A stretch of 64,000 nt of DNA from Neocallimastix sp. 'constans' (Eukaryota): NCBI GenBank assembly GCA_050613775.1, contig JBODTK010000103.1:62001-126000 (forward strand), written 5' to 3'. The notes under the pieces were generated by a model that searched no databases, was not told the DNA's origin, and saw nothing but the letters and a program-made list of their open reading frames with translations. Both the position numbers and the translations under genes were made by a program. Shown piece by piece: positions 1 through 15,056 of the stretch. How positions within the stretch are numbered: position 1 is the stretch's first letter; every line of letters starts with the position of its first letter.

Positions 1-201
1 TAATAATAATAATTATAAAAATATATAATATGAAGTATAGGAAAAATTAATTTAAAATAATAAACTTTATTTAGTATTATTAAAAATATTTTTATTTTTT
101 TTTTAAAAAAATGAATTATTTTAATTAATAAACATCTTTTGTTACACCAAAGTAAATTTAATAAAATAAAAAAAAAATAAAAAAAAAATAAAGATACTAC
201 A

Positions 202-264
202 CTACTCCTTTAATTACTATTTATAAATATTAAATGTTAATATATAGAGTAATTAAAGGAGTAG
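202..264. repeat. Short inverted repeat (hairpin or mini-MITE-like)
   Basis: CTACTCCTTTAATTACT (202-218) is the exact reverse complement of AGTAATTAAAGGAGTAG (248-264); pairing extends inward with mismatches. Confidence 0.75.
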
Positions 265-1605
265 CTTATATATATATAGAATATGTAAATAATGAATATC
301 AATACTTTTTTTTTTTAATTTAATTATATTTACAAAGTACCTTAGTTTTTCAAATCTTATTTTTATATTAAAATTTTAATTTTTTTAAATAATTTATAAA
401 TCATAACTTTGGGGCATGTTTAATTAATATTTTCCCTTAAGGAGTAGATATTGCTCCTCATATCCAAAAACTTTTAGTAATAGTAAATATTTTAAGTTTA
501 TTTATTTAATTTAAAATTTTTTAAAATATTTATTATACATATAATTAATAAATGTTTTGTGATATTTATTAATACATAAAAATTAATATACAAGTATATT
601 TCTAGTATATACACATAAAAATTATTATATAGTGATGTGATATAATTTAGAATAGGATAAGATATATGTTTTTATGTATGTTTTTACAAGAACCTTCTTT
701 AAATGACTTTTAAAAAATTTAAATCAATACACACGATTGATTCATCTAAATATATAAAATAATTATTTAAAATATTTCAATTATAATTTTTTTTTATAAT
801 TATTATATATATATATATATAACTTTAAAAAATAAAAATATTTGTTCTAAAATATATATTAACAATAAAATATTATATAATTTTTATTATTACATAAAAA
901 TAAAATAATGGACATAAGATATGCTTATACTATTATAGTATAAATGAATTTTTTTTTTTTTTTAATATATATTATTTAGCTTCATTTATATTGATATATA
1001 GATATATATATATAAATTTTTTATGTTTTTAAAGATATAAATATTGATTTGATGCTCTATATATATAATATACTAAAAAAAAATCAGGCATAAATATTAA
1101 TGATGTTTCAATTGATTTAATTATATAAAAATTTTTAAGAATGATATAATTTACAGAATATGAAATAATAAAAATTTTAAATATATAGAAAAAAAAAAAA
1201 AAAAAAAGATTTAATATATAAATTAAATTTTAAATTTAAATACTTTTACGAAATTTAATACTAATAATTTGACTTTCTATTTTAATATAACTTTAAAGAT
1301 TATTACATATAGTATTAAAGTGTAACAATTTAAAACATATATTTATATAAATATTAAATCTAAAAATTATATTTTTTTCTATAATACCAATAATAATATA
1401 ATTTATAATATTAAAGGCAGTTAACTATAAAATATTATATTATAATTAGTATTATAATATTTGATAGTACGCTTCAAATTTAAAAATATATTTATATATA
1501 TATATATAAAAATAATAATAATATGAATAATCAAATAAATATTATCAATTATTAGAATTTTATTTGATTTGATATTTAATTTATATATAAATTTAAAATT
1601 TTTTC

Positions 1606-1636
<31 letters not shown>

Positions 1637-1872
1637 TTTTTTTTTATTATTTTATTATTATTATAATTAATATATATATTAATTTCATTACATTTTATTT
1701 TTAAATTAAGAATATAAAATAAATAATCCAAATTTAATAATATTGAATATTATAATATTGCAAATAGAAAATAAAAATAACATATAAGTTTCTTAGTTTT
1801 TTGATATATTAGAAAAAAAAATAAAAATTAAATTATATTTTAATAGAATATTTACAAATTAATACCATCACA

Positions 1873-1932
1873 ATACAAAAATGTTCAATTATTGAAAAGT
1901 AATTTATAAAAAAAAAATTATTTTATTAATTA

Positions 1933-1998
<66 letters not shown>

Positions 1999-3382
1999 TA
2001 TTTAAATAATAAAATAAATATTCTAATTACTAATAATAAATTTTATTCAATATTAATAGTACTCTCGAGACTTATTTTGAAAAGCAAAAGTGTTTCAAAA
2101 ATTTAGTTAAAGAAATTCAATATTCTCTGCAATCTAAAATATATAAAAAAAATAATTTCACTATTGAAGAATTCATTAAATACAAATGGAATATTTCAAA
2201 GTATCATTAATAAATTATATATATATAATAAATATGAATAAAATATATGGATAATATGATAGTTAATTATTATTACTATTATTAAAAATTTAATTATGTT
2301 CTAGTTATTATTATTATTTTTAAAATTTAATTACATTCTAAATATTAATATAATTTTATTCTATGTATTATTATTATTATAATTTAATTATATTTTAATT
2401 ATAATTTGCTTTTGCTAATAAATAATTATATATAAAATATTAATGTAATATTACTGATTATCTTATAATATACTATAGAGCTTGTAAGAATTTCCTAGTA
2501 TAAATTTTAATATAATTAATTATGTTAATTTGAAATAATCCTTGATGAAATAATTATGATATTAAAATATAATGGGTTTTTTTTTTTTTTTTTATATAAA
2601 ATTTTTAAAAAGAAGCTTATCGTTATGTAATTTCAGCTAAAATTATTGATCAACTTGAAGAATTTAATATCCAACCATATTATGAAAGAATCTGTAGAGC
2701 TTTATATAATTGTGCTAAAACCCCAAGTCAACTAAAACTTTTATGGGGATCAGTTCTTCAAAGTGCAGAAAATAAACCAGATAATATTAATAGCTCTCAT
2801 GTAATTAAGATGTGGAAAAAACTTTGTAGAGATAAAAAATATTCTAAAATTTGTCATTATGAAGATGAAATCATAAATAAAGTAGAAGTATCTTTAAATA
2901 AGCGTTCAAAAGAAATAAGGCATAGCCAATTAAATAAAAATAATGAAAAAATAAATGATAATAAGTTTAAAAAGATGAATTATTATTTAAACAATGGTAA
3001 TTTATCACAATCTTATCCTTCTCCAATTCTAAATATTCCCACTATTTCATCTAATATTCCAATGGTTATTCCGAATGAATCAATTGAATATAAAAGTTCT
3101 TCATTTTCTTATCCTTCACCGATATCAAGTAAATCAACTATTTTTTTAAATGACACTCTTCAACATGATCATCGATCAACTTCATACAATATTTATAAAT
3201 CAAATGTTATTGCAGTTCCATCTAACCCAAATATTACCGTTACTGGCTATCCAATTATTAAGGTTCAATATCCATTTCAATCCATTAATCATGAAAAATC
3301 CATTCTATTTTCAAATTATCCTGTAATACAATCATCTTAACCACAAAATCATCAACAGCAACAAATCATATATTATTATTAA
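1873..3382 (+). pseudogene. Pseudogenised paralog A of the putative HTH family; exons 1873-1898, 2060-2200, 2479-2483, 2613-3382
   Basis: Same exon sizes (26/141/5 nt) and GT-AG sites as paralogs B and C, and clearly homologous (FEKQKCFKNLVK...KWNISK, AYRYVISAKIIDQLEEF, MWKKLC). The start position reads ATA; microexon AGCTT plus AA gives TAA where paralogs have Gln; a second TAA at 3338-3340 precedes the family ending QIIYYY* at 3382. Confidence 0.8.
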
Positions 3383-3444
3383 TTATTAATTATTAATTAT
3401 TGATATATTATATATTTTTACATTATAAGCCCTATAGATTATAT

Positions 3445-3520
3445 AAATATTAATATAAATTGATAAAAAATAAAATTTTAATGATTATGAATATACTTTT
3501 ATCAATTTATATTAATATTT
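3445..3520. repeat. 24-bp perfect inverted repeat 3' of paralog A
   Basis: AAATATTAATATAAATTGATAAAA (3445-3468) pairs with TTTTATCAATTTATATTAATATTT (3497-3520). Confidence 0.65.
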
Positions 3521-5218
3521 CTAATAAATAATAAGTACAGAAATAAGAGTAGAAATAAATATAAGAAAAAAAAAAAAAAAAAAAAAAAAAGATAAAATAA
3601 TATAAAAACAATATTATTTTTATATTAATTATTATTTTATTATTACTATTATATTTTTATTATATTATTATATTATTAAATTATATTATTAGTATATACT
3701 ATAATTTATATTACCAATAAATTATATTTTTTTTTAATAAATTAAATTCAACACTTTTTTATTTTATTTATATTATTTATTTAAATATAAATTAGATATT
3801 ATTTAATTTTTAACTTTTTTGGAAATATGTAATTTTTTCATATTATATTAAATAAAATTTGCAAATTAAATTAAATTTTACATCAAAAAAAAAAAAAAAA
3901 AAGTTACTTTATTTTGGGGGAATAAATATTGATTTTTTAATAAAAATAATTATGTTCATTTTAATATAAAAAAAATATAAATATTTATTTAAATTATTAT
4001 AAAATTGATTATAATTTATAATTTTAATCTGTTTTAGCAATTAATTTTTATTCTGTTTAATATGCGGTATGTATTTAAATAAAATATAATAAATATAGTT
4101 TGACATAAAATATTTATATTTATATATATATAATTAAAAAATAAGATAGATATAAATTTACCATTTCTTTTAACAAAAAAAATAATAGTAATAATAAAAA
4201 AAAATTAATGTATTTATATATTACATAATATTATAATGATATGTATTTATATTTTACATAATATTATATTGGTATGTATATATATGTATATATTTTTAAA
4301 AATAGTTAATAAATGAAATATTATTTAAATAAATATAATAAATTAAAATAAAAATTATATTATTTGAAAATATTGAATATCAATTATATAATTTATATAA
4401 TTGAATTCAAAAAATTATAAAAATTAACAAATGATATTATGTACTAATAAACTTTTATATATAAATTTTAATTAAATAAGATAAAATAAAAATAATTTTT
4501 ATAATTTTATTAATTTGAAATGAAAACTATTTATTTTATTCTATTTTGTTAATTTCTTTTTTTTTAAAATATATATATATATATAAATTAAAAATATTTA
4601 TTTAAGACATAAATAAATGAATAAATAATTGAATAAATAATTATTTCTATCATATATATAATTTTTGTAAAAATAAATAAATATTTTTGAATAAAATAAT
4701 TTGAATTGTTTAATTTCATTTAAAATTTATATTTATATATATATATATATATATTAATTTTCTTCATTTTTTAATTTATATATAGATAAAAAATAAATAT
4801 TATATTTATTTTTTTTATGGTGGATTTTAGATTTTATTTATTTTTTTTTTATAGTGGATTTCATTTATTGTTATTTTTACTATATTATATTATATTTATT
4901 GTTATTTTTTTCTGTATATATTATATTTTTTTTTGTTGTGGATTTTATTTATTGTTATTTTTATTATATTTTATTTATTGTTTATTATTATTATTATTAT
5001 TATTATTGTAAATAAACTTGGTTTTTTAATACTACTCTTATTCAAATATTATTTATAATAATATATAATAGTATAAACAATAATGAATATAATCCACATA
5101 ACAATAAAAATTGAAAATTACTCTTTGCTTTTTAATAAATCATATAAATAAGAACAATAATGCTTAAAAATAAAATATATATGTTGATATTAATTAAATT
5201 CCACGAGCCAAAAATTTG

Positions 5219-5249
<31 letters not shown>

Positions 5250-8200
5250 TTGAAACTTCGTTTTTTCATAATTCATAATTATTCAAAATTATTTCCTAAT
5301 AAGGAAATTGACATATTAATATAATTTAAATTAAAAATAAAATAAATAAAAATTGAATTTTTATTATTCAAATCTATAATTATTGCTAAATTAGGAAATA
5401 TTGAAGATATAATAATTTAATAATAAATTTTTTTAATTATAATTTTTATTAAAAAGTAAACAATATTCCTATCATTTATTAATTATAAAAGATATTATAG
5501 ATAAATAAAAATTAATATAAACAATTCAATTCTAATAATTTATTTTTTTTTTTTTTTAATATTATCTTTCCTAAATTATATTTAATAAAAATATATAAAT
5601 ATTTACTATTTTTCTAAACTTTTTATAACTTTTTTAGAACCCTTATTTTTATTAATATTTACATAATTAAAATACTATTTTAAAAAATGATTTCTATATA
5701 ATTATTTGCATATATTATTTTTATTAATGTTATCGTTGTTATTATTTATTTACCATTATTTATCGTCCGTATTTATTAAGGAAGATTCCATAATTTTAAT
5801 TATTTATTAAAATATTACAATTTTTTAAACATTAATGCTTTTTTAATTATCTTTATTATTTATTAAAACTTATTAACTTATTAATTCAATTATTTAATTA
5901 TTATTATCCGAACAATAATAATGATAATAAAGATAAAATTTATTGTCTATCATTGTTAAACTATTATTGCTATTATTATTAATATTTATGATCACTTTTT
6001 ATTTATTTATAATTTTTTATTTATAATTTATTTATTTTTTAATAACTATTAATTATTTATTATTAAAAAAAATTAAATATTTCTTTATTATTAATGTTTT
6101 CTTTTGTTCTTTGTTTTTTGTTTTTTTTTGTTATTAACATTTATCCAAAAATAAATATAAAATTTTAAAACATTATCAATAGGTTTACCTTTAACTTTTT
6201 TTTTTATTCCTTTGTAAACCTAACATATTCACAATATATATATTAATGGTTTTTTTCAACTTAATTGATAGCAACCTTTAGTAAATAATAATACAATTCA
6301 TTAAAACAAGACACTTTAAAGTTTTATTAAAAAAATAAAAGAAAGTTTTTATAAATTTAATAATTTTTTTTTAAATTATTTTTAATACTTCAAATCCTTA
6401 TTAATATTTAAATTCTTTAATATTTAATATTTTTTTTATATAATTTTTAATATTCAAAAAAAAAATAAAAATAAATAAAAATTTAATAAAAAGGTATTTA
6501 TGCTTTAATTACTATTAAAGTTAGTAAATATTTAATATCCTTTTTCATCTATTTTAATTAATTGAAATGAATATAAATTACATTAAAATTATAACACTTT
6601 CAAAGTTTAATTAATATTTTTATATATATATTTTCATTTCATATTTTTTTTATCACTTTAAAATATATTATAATAATAAAAATATTTATTAAAAATATTA
6701 CATTTCAATTTTTTTTAATTATTATTATTATTATTATTTAATTTTAAAAGAATTCAATACTGTAATGAAAAATATTGAAAAAAAAAAATTACAATATTTC
6801 AGTATTTTTCAATAATTATTAATAATAATAATTATTATTATTTAAAAAACATCTTCATTTAAAAAAACAATAATTATTATTTTAAAAAGTCTTTTAAAAA
6901 GTTATATCTAAAATTATATAAAAATACTTTTATTAACCTGATATTTTATTTATAATTTTTTTTTGTTTGTTTGTTTGATTTTATATTTTTTTTTTTTGTA
7001 ATTTAAATCTTTATTTATTATAATCATCATTATTAATAAAAATTTCTAAATTGGGTTAATTAAATATTAATATATATAATATGCTGTACTCTTGATCATG
7101 TCAATATTTCTAATACTCCCTTATTTTTTTTTTTTTTTTTTTGTTAAAAATAAGATATCAATTTCTCAAAGTAAAAATTATATCCATCCATTTTTTTAAA
7201 TAAATAAGTATTATAATTTCATTAAAATAATTTATTTTTTAATTTCTTTTTTTTTTTTTTTTTTTTTTTTTTTTGTGATGGTTTAAATATTTAGTTTATA
7301 AATGTATGATCTATCATATAAATTAATATTACCTAATATAGATAAAATTATGTCTAGATTAGTTTATATTTTTTTTAATTTTTTAATTTTTTATATATTT
7401 AGCCGATAAAATAATATTATTATAAGGTTATAATAAAAAATTGATGAGGTCCTTTTTTTATTAAAAAAAAATATTATATTTATTTAATTATTTAATTATT
7501 TAATTATTTAATTATTTAATATCAAAAATTAAATGACTTTTCAAATAAATATATATAAATAAATAATTTAAAATTATATTTTTAAATTAACTTTTATATT
7601 ACATATTTACAAATATTTACAATAAAATCCTAATTGTTTAATAAATAAACCGTTAATTTATTTTAACATAAACACAAAAGTTTATTATATATTAAATGAT
7701 TTAAAATTATTTTTATTCTCATATTAGATAAAAAAAAAAAAAAAAAAAGTTAAATATATAAATATATTAAATTGGAGAATGATATTTTAAGTGAGATAAA
7801 AAAATATATATATTAATATTCTTTTCAAAATAAATCCAGAATTTTTTTTTTTATTTTATTTTTTTACATAAATAAATTTTATAAAAACTTTATTTCAAAT
7901 TTTTAAAAAAAAATTAAGAAACATTTTTAATATATAAATTTAGAGAAAAGGAAATTCTATTTATTATCATATTTAAATTAATATTTATGTTTTTTTATGT
8001 ATTATTAATAAATTATTAATATACTATATTATTTTAAAATACAAAATTTTAAAAAATATTAATCTTAATAAATAATAATTTTTTTTTTTTTTCCTTTGTT
8101 ATAAACTTAATAATTTAAAATTTTTAATATTTATATTTTATTTTTAAAATCTTTTTCTTTTCATTATATATTATACTATATTTTTTAAAAAACTCTTTAT

Positions 8201-8320
8201 AAATTTCAATTGTAGTTTATATTTATATCATTTTAATAAATATTCATATTAGCAATTATATTTATTATATGAATATTATATAATATATTATTTTTAAGGA
8301 TCTTTATTTTCAGAAATAAC

Positions 8321-8358
<38 letters not shown>

Positions 8359-9714
8359 AATTATTATTATTATTATTATACAGATAATTTTATTTTTAAT
8401 ATTTTATTGCTGTTAGTATGATTATTCTCACTATTTTCTATATAATTTCAATTTTTTTTTTAAAAAAAAAATATATATATATATATTATTAATACTAAAT
8501 ATTTATTAAAAAATTTATAGTTATATATTAGTTTTTATTACTTTAAATACTATTATATATTGTGATTTTATCATTCATTACCATCTTTTATTTAAAAAAA
8601 ATATAGAGAGAGAGAGAAAAGAGGATATAAAATATTAGTAATAATATTTTTTATGGTTAATTATTATAATTGTTTTTATCACAAAATGATTAATATATTA
8701 ATGTATGATTTTATGGTAAATTAAAATTTATATATGTTTATGTTTATAATCTTTTCATTTAGATATTTATATTTAATCATATTCATCCATAATCTTTTTA
8801 TTTAGATATTCTTATTTATTCATATTTATCCATATTATTTTTTATTACTATTATTATTATTAATTATATTAATTAATAATGAAATATATATGTTTTATTA
8901 TATATAATTTAATAACTTTTAAATTTTTAAATTAATAAAAATGAAATAAAAATGAAAAGAAAAATAATATGAAAGATGAAATGAAATGAAATAAATAATA
9001 TGTAAATCTTTAATTAATAATTAAATATTTATATTACATAAATATTAAATTATTATCTATATATTATTTTGTAATTTAGCGAATAAAATTTTTCTTTTTC
9101 TTTTTTTTTTATTTTTCTTTTTTACCATAAAAAAATATTTACCCGTAAAAAAAAAATAAAAAATTAAATTATATTAAAAAAAATAAAATAAAATAAAATA
9201 AAATAAAGATATAAGTTGTATATATAAATAAATTCAGTTTAATTAATATATTTTTTTGTTTATTTAAATTATAATTTTATTATATTTAAAAAAAAAAAAG
9301 AAAAAAAAAATTAAAAAAAAAAATGCCGCATATAAAAATTTTTAACATTACACAAATTTTAAATATTAATAAAATTTAATAATATTTGAAAAACATATAA
9401 ATAGAAATATTTCATCTTTTTTTTTTTTTTAATTTTTATTAATTTTAATAATATTATCATCAGTCTAAATATAATATCAAATAAAGTTTTTCTTTAAAAA
9501 ATATTTCAATTTATATTTTTTTTTTTTATTTGTTTCTGTTTTTTATTTTATTTTTATTTAGAAAAAAAATATATATAATAAAACATAATAAAAAAATTTT
9601 TTTAAAACTATACTTTAAAAGATTATATAAATATTTTAATTATTTTAGCACACTACCCCCAAGTAATTAAAATATAAAAAAAAAAAAAACAATATATATA
9701 TATATACAACAAAA

Positions 9715-10272
9715 ATGCAAAATAGTATAATTCTTCAAAAGTAATGTGTTAAAAAAAAATATATTTTATTAATTATATTTATAAAGATTTTTTTTAAAAT
9801 ATATATATATTTATATTAATTAACTAATTAATTAATTATATAAATTTACAGTACTCTTAATGCTTACTTTGAAAAGCAAAGAAGCTTTAAAGCTTTAGTT
9901 AAAAGCGTTCAAAGATCATTACAATCTAAGGAATATAAATTATATACCTGTACTTTTGAGGAGTTTATTAAATCAAAATGGAATATTTCAAAGTAATTAT
10001 ATAATAGTTTATAAAAAAAAACAACTTCAAAAAAGTTTTTAATGAATATTAAATATTAATATATTATTCTTTTATCTATTATATTTTTTAAAAAAAAATT
10101 AAAAATTAAAACTTTCAATTTTTCTTTTAAAACTCATGGAATTATAAAAATATAGAGCTCGTAAGTATTATTAACAAAATTGTTATATATATATATATAT
10201 ATATTGTATTAACTATATAAAAATAAATTATTATTTTTTTTTTTTAATTTTGATACTAACATTTAACTTTCT

Positions 10273-10322
<50 letters not shown>

Positions 10323-11045
10323 CAAATTTAATAGAAGCTTACCGTTATTTAATTTCAGCAAAAGTGATTGATCAACTTGAAGAATTTGAAATTCAACCAT
10401 GCTATGAAAGAATTTGTAGATCTTTATACAATTGTGCCAAAACTTTGAATCAAATGAAACTTTTATGGGGTTCTGTTCTTCAAACCGCTGGAAATAGACC
10501 AGACTGTATTAACAGTTCTCACGTTAACAAAATGTGGAAAAAACTTTGTGCTGATAAAAAATATGATAAAATATGTCATTACGAAGATGAAATTATGAAT
10601 AGGGTTGAAAGATCTTTAAATAAGCATTCCAAAGATGTTAAACAAAAGCAATTATATAATAAAGATATCAAAAAAAATGATACGAATCCAAAGTCAGATT
10701 CTTATCAAATTTCATATTATCCTTCCCCTGGATTAAATATACCTGTCATCCCATTAAATGATATAAATACCAGTAATAATAATTATAATAACACTAGTAA
10801 TAGTTATAGTAATACAAATATTAATAATAATAATAATAATAATAATAGTAACACTAATAATAATGCCATAAGCATATACCTTAGTCCAGCCAGTGCTACT
10901 TCAACCACTTCTTACTACCCTTCACCAATTCAAAATGAATCCATTATTTCCATAAATGAAAATATACCATACAATATTTCCTCCTCCTCATCATCATCCC
11001 CAGCTAGTATTTGTAGTTCCCAATTAAGTCATATAAATGAAATTG

Positions 11046-11080
<35 letters not shown>

Positions 11081-11452
11081 GATGAAACATTAATAAATTC
11101 AAACAACACCATCACTGTTCCAACCATTAATGTTGTTGAATGTCCAATGGTTAATGTTCAATACCCTTCTTCTTCTCAATCAATTAACATTCAAAGTTCT
11201 AAACTTTTCTCGAACTATCAGAAGCAACCTCAAACTTCACAAGTTTTAGCCTCACCAGCTCTTCAAATTATGCCACCACAAACTTCACAAGTTTTAGCCT
11301 CACCAACCCTTCAAATTGTACAACCACAAACCACTCAAATTTTACCATCACCAACCCTTCAAATTGTGCAACCACAAGCCACTCAAGTTTTACCATCACC
11401 AACCCTTCAAATTGTACAACCACAAACCACTCAAGTTTTATATTACTATTAA
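9715..11452 (+). CDS. Putative HTH DNA-binding protein with low-complexity N/S/T/P/Q tail (paralog B, about 429 aa); exons 9715-9740, 9852-9992, 10156-10160, 10335-11452
   Basis: Splicing at canonical GT-AG sites gives an open frame MQNSIILQNTLNAYFEKQRSFKALVK...TFEEFIKSKWNISKAQAYRYLISAKVIDQLEEFEIQPCYERICRSL...QVLYYY*. The frame joins only if the 5-nt microexon is included. The N-terminus of track ORF 10250 is intronic. The HTH assignment is motif-based inference. Confidence 0.88.
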
Positions 11453-11454
11453 TT

Positions 11455-11493
<39 letters not shown>

Positions 11494-12158
11494 TAATAGA
11501 AAATAAAAAAAATCTTATATAGAAATTATTGCTATCTTCAATTCATAGAGTAATAATAATTTTATTTTATTTAATAATTATTAATAATCAAAAAATAGAG
11601 ATTAAATAAAATAAAATTATAGAATATAGCAATAAATAATATAATGATTTTGAAAAGCAAAAAAAAAAAAAAAAAAAATTATAATAATTGATTGATAATA
11701 ATGAAGATAGTTTTTAAAAATATTTTTATTATTAAAAAAAAAAAATTATCAATTATTATCGTATAGATTAAATTATAAATGGAAAATTGAGAGATAATTA
11801 AATAGTAATTTAATTATTAAAAATCTTTTTTTCATTTATTATTTATAGAATTCAAAAAATTACATAAAAAAAAAATTATTTTTGTTATAGAATTTATATA
11901 GAATTAGCAACTATTATAAGTTAGTAATAATTATAATAATAATATTAAGTAGTTATAAAATAGCATTTTAATTATTGAAAGTAATCAATTATTAATATAG
12001 TATAGAATTTAACAAATTAATAATTTGAAAATAATTAAATTGATATTTTTCCAATATTATTATTATTATTATTATATTAATAAATATATAGTTGATAAAT
12101 ATAAAAAAAAAAAAAAAAAAAAAAAAAAATTATTAATACGTATTTATAGCATGTTTTA

Positions 12159-12205
<47 letters not shown>

Positions 12206-12660
12206 AAGAAAAATTTTGAATAGTTTCGAATTACTTCATTAATAATGTATAAAAACAAAAAAAATAATAATAATTAAAATTTTGTAAAAACAAAAAAAAA
12301 AGTCTATTTATTTTTAAATTTGATTTGTAAAAAAAAAAAAAGAAAAGAAATATATATTTTTTAAATAAACTTTTAATTAAAAAAAAAATAAAATAAAAAA
12401 TAAAAAAAAGCATATATATATGATTAAATTTAAATTTATTGATAATATAAAAGTATTATTTACTATATAACAAATTTATATTAACTCTTAATAATTTATT
12501 TTTTAAAAAAATAAATATAAAAATAAAAAAAAAATATGAACATGATGAAAAGATTTTTTTCTACACATTTACATTATATCTTTTTTTTTTTTATGTATTA
12601 AATTTCTATTTCTACTTTATAAAAAAAGTATTTTTTTGTTCCTTTACGAAATAAAAAGAA

Positions 12661-12722
<62 letters not shown>

Positions 12723-12763
12723 TGGAATAACAATAATAAAAAATTTTATAATATTATTATTGA

Positions 12764-12808
<45 letters not shown>

Positions 12809-13265
12809 CGAATAACAACAATAAAAAATTTTATAATTATAATAATTTATTTTTTATTTTTTTAAAAATAAAATGAATATAAATTTTATTAATAATAAAA
12901 GATAGATGTTTATAATAATTAAATAAAATAATTAAAATGTGATTATTAATAGTAAATTAATTTAATTATGACAATTTAATATATAATATTGTTATAATTA
13001 TTTATTGTTTTATTTATTATTTATTATTGTTTATTATATATATTGTTCATCATTAATGATTACTATTTTATAATTATTTACTATTAATATTTATATATCC
13101 TTTTTTATTACTGTTATTTTTTATTATTTTATTATTACTACTACTGACTGTTAATTATTACTATATTTTATTTATTATTACATATTAATTTATCACTGTT
13201 TATTATTTATTATTATTTACTATTATATATCCTTATTTATTATTGTTCATTTTATGATTATACCC

Positions 13266-13357
<92 letters not shown>

Positions 13358-13679
13358 AGTTTTATTAGTATTATTCTTTTTTATTATTATTATCAAATAT
13401 AAAAATTTAATATTATCCTATATAATTAATAATAGAATTATCATTATTGTAATTACATATTAATTATTAATAATTATTAATAATTATTTTTTCTTTTATT
13501 CATTATCATAATTAATTAAATTGAAATATGCTTTTAAAAGTTTTTATAAACTTTTAAAATTAAATAAAAACAGATAATAAAAATTTTAAAAAATTAATAA
13601 TTCTATTAAGATTGAGACAAAAAATAAAAATAAAAAAAAAGCTTTTATTATTAAATTTGCCTATTATATATTATTTAAT

Positions 13680-14150
13680 TATTTATTATTTATTATTTAT
13701 TAATTATTTATTATTTATTATTTATTTATTATTTATTATTAATTATTTATTATTTATTATTTATTATTTACGATTTATTTAATTATTTAATTATTTATTA
13801 TTTAATTATTTAATTATTTATTATTTATTTATTATTATTTATTACTTATTTATTATTTATTTATTTATTTATTTATTATTTATTATTTATTATTAATTAT
13901 TTATTTATTTATTATTATTATTTATTATTCAATTGTTTATTATTTATTATTCAATTATTTATTATTATTTATTATTTATTATTTATTATTTATTATTTAT
14001 TATTTATTATTTATTATTTATTATTTATTATTTATTATTTATTATTTATTATTTATTATTTATTATTTATTATTTATTATTTATTATTTATTATTTATTA
14101 TTTATTATTTATTATTTATTATTCAATTATTCAATTGTTTATTATTTATT
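13680..14150. repeat. Degenerate heptamer microsatellite (TTATTAT)n, opposite orientation to the 25.3-27.6 kb array
   Basis: Direct reading; it explains the spurious IIYYLLF ORF at 13933. Confidence 0.85.
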
Positions 14151-14414
14151 ACATTAATTACATATTGCTAAAATATAAATAAAAAAAAATATAGAGATAG
14201 AAAAAGAAAAAATATATATTAAATATAATTATATAATTATAGAATAATATATAAGAATAATAATAAAAAAAAATGGTCTGATGATGAAAAAAATGATTAA
14301 AATAAAATTTTATTTCTTAAATAAAAATTAATACTATTATTGATTTAGTAACAAACTTTATTTTATAATAAATTTATTATTCAAAAAAAAATGGAGTAAT
14401 TTTATTTTTGTTTT

Positions 14415-14486
<72 letters not shown>

Positions 14487-14667
14487 TTTTAATAAAAATG
14501 AAAAAAAAAAACTTTTTATACCTAATTCCAAAATAAATAAATAATTTAATATATTCAATTTTTTTTATTAACAATTTTACTTTTTTGATTTTAAAAAATG
14601 AATTGTACGAAATGAAACAATTTTTATAAAAATATTTAATATGACATATATCTCTTTTAATATAAAA

Positions 14668-14706
<39 letters not shown>

Positions 14707-15022
14707 ATTATTTTTTATTTACTTTATTTCTATCTTAATTAATGTAAAAATAAATAGATATATTAATCCAACATTTATATATAATAATTATTTTGGCATT
14801 TTTTTAAAATTTTCCTTTCTAAAATAATTTATTTGAAAACTAAAATTAAAAAATTTTTTAAAAAATTTTTTTTTTATTTTTATTCATAATTATTTATATT
14901 TTAATGTAATTCTTAATTCTTTCTATGACTATAAAATGGAAACTCAGTTTAAAATCAAATATTTAAATTAATGAATGAAATAATAATATTTAAATAAAAT
15001 TTTTAATTTTATTCATTTTTTT

Positions 15023-15056
<34 letters not shown>

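Noticed and set aside
1873..3382. TAA read as Gln (alternative genetic code) rescuing paralog A
   Set aside because: Intact genes here terminate with TAA and have no internal TAA; the start codon of A is also lost.
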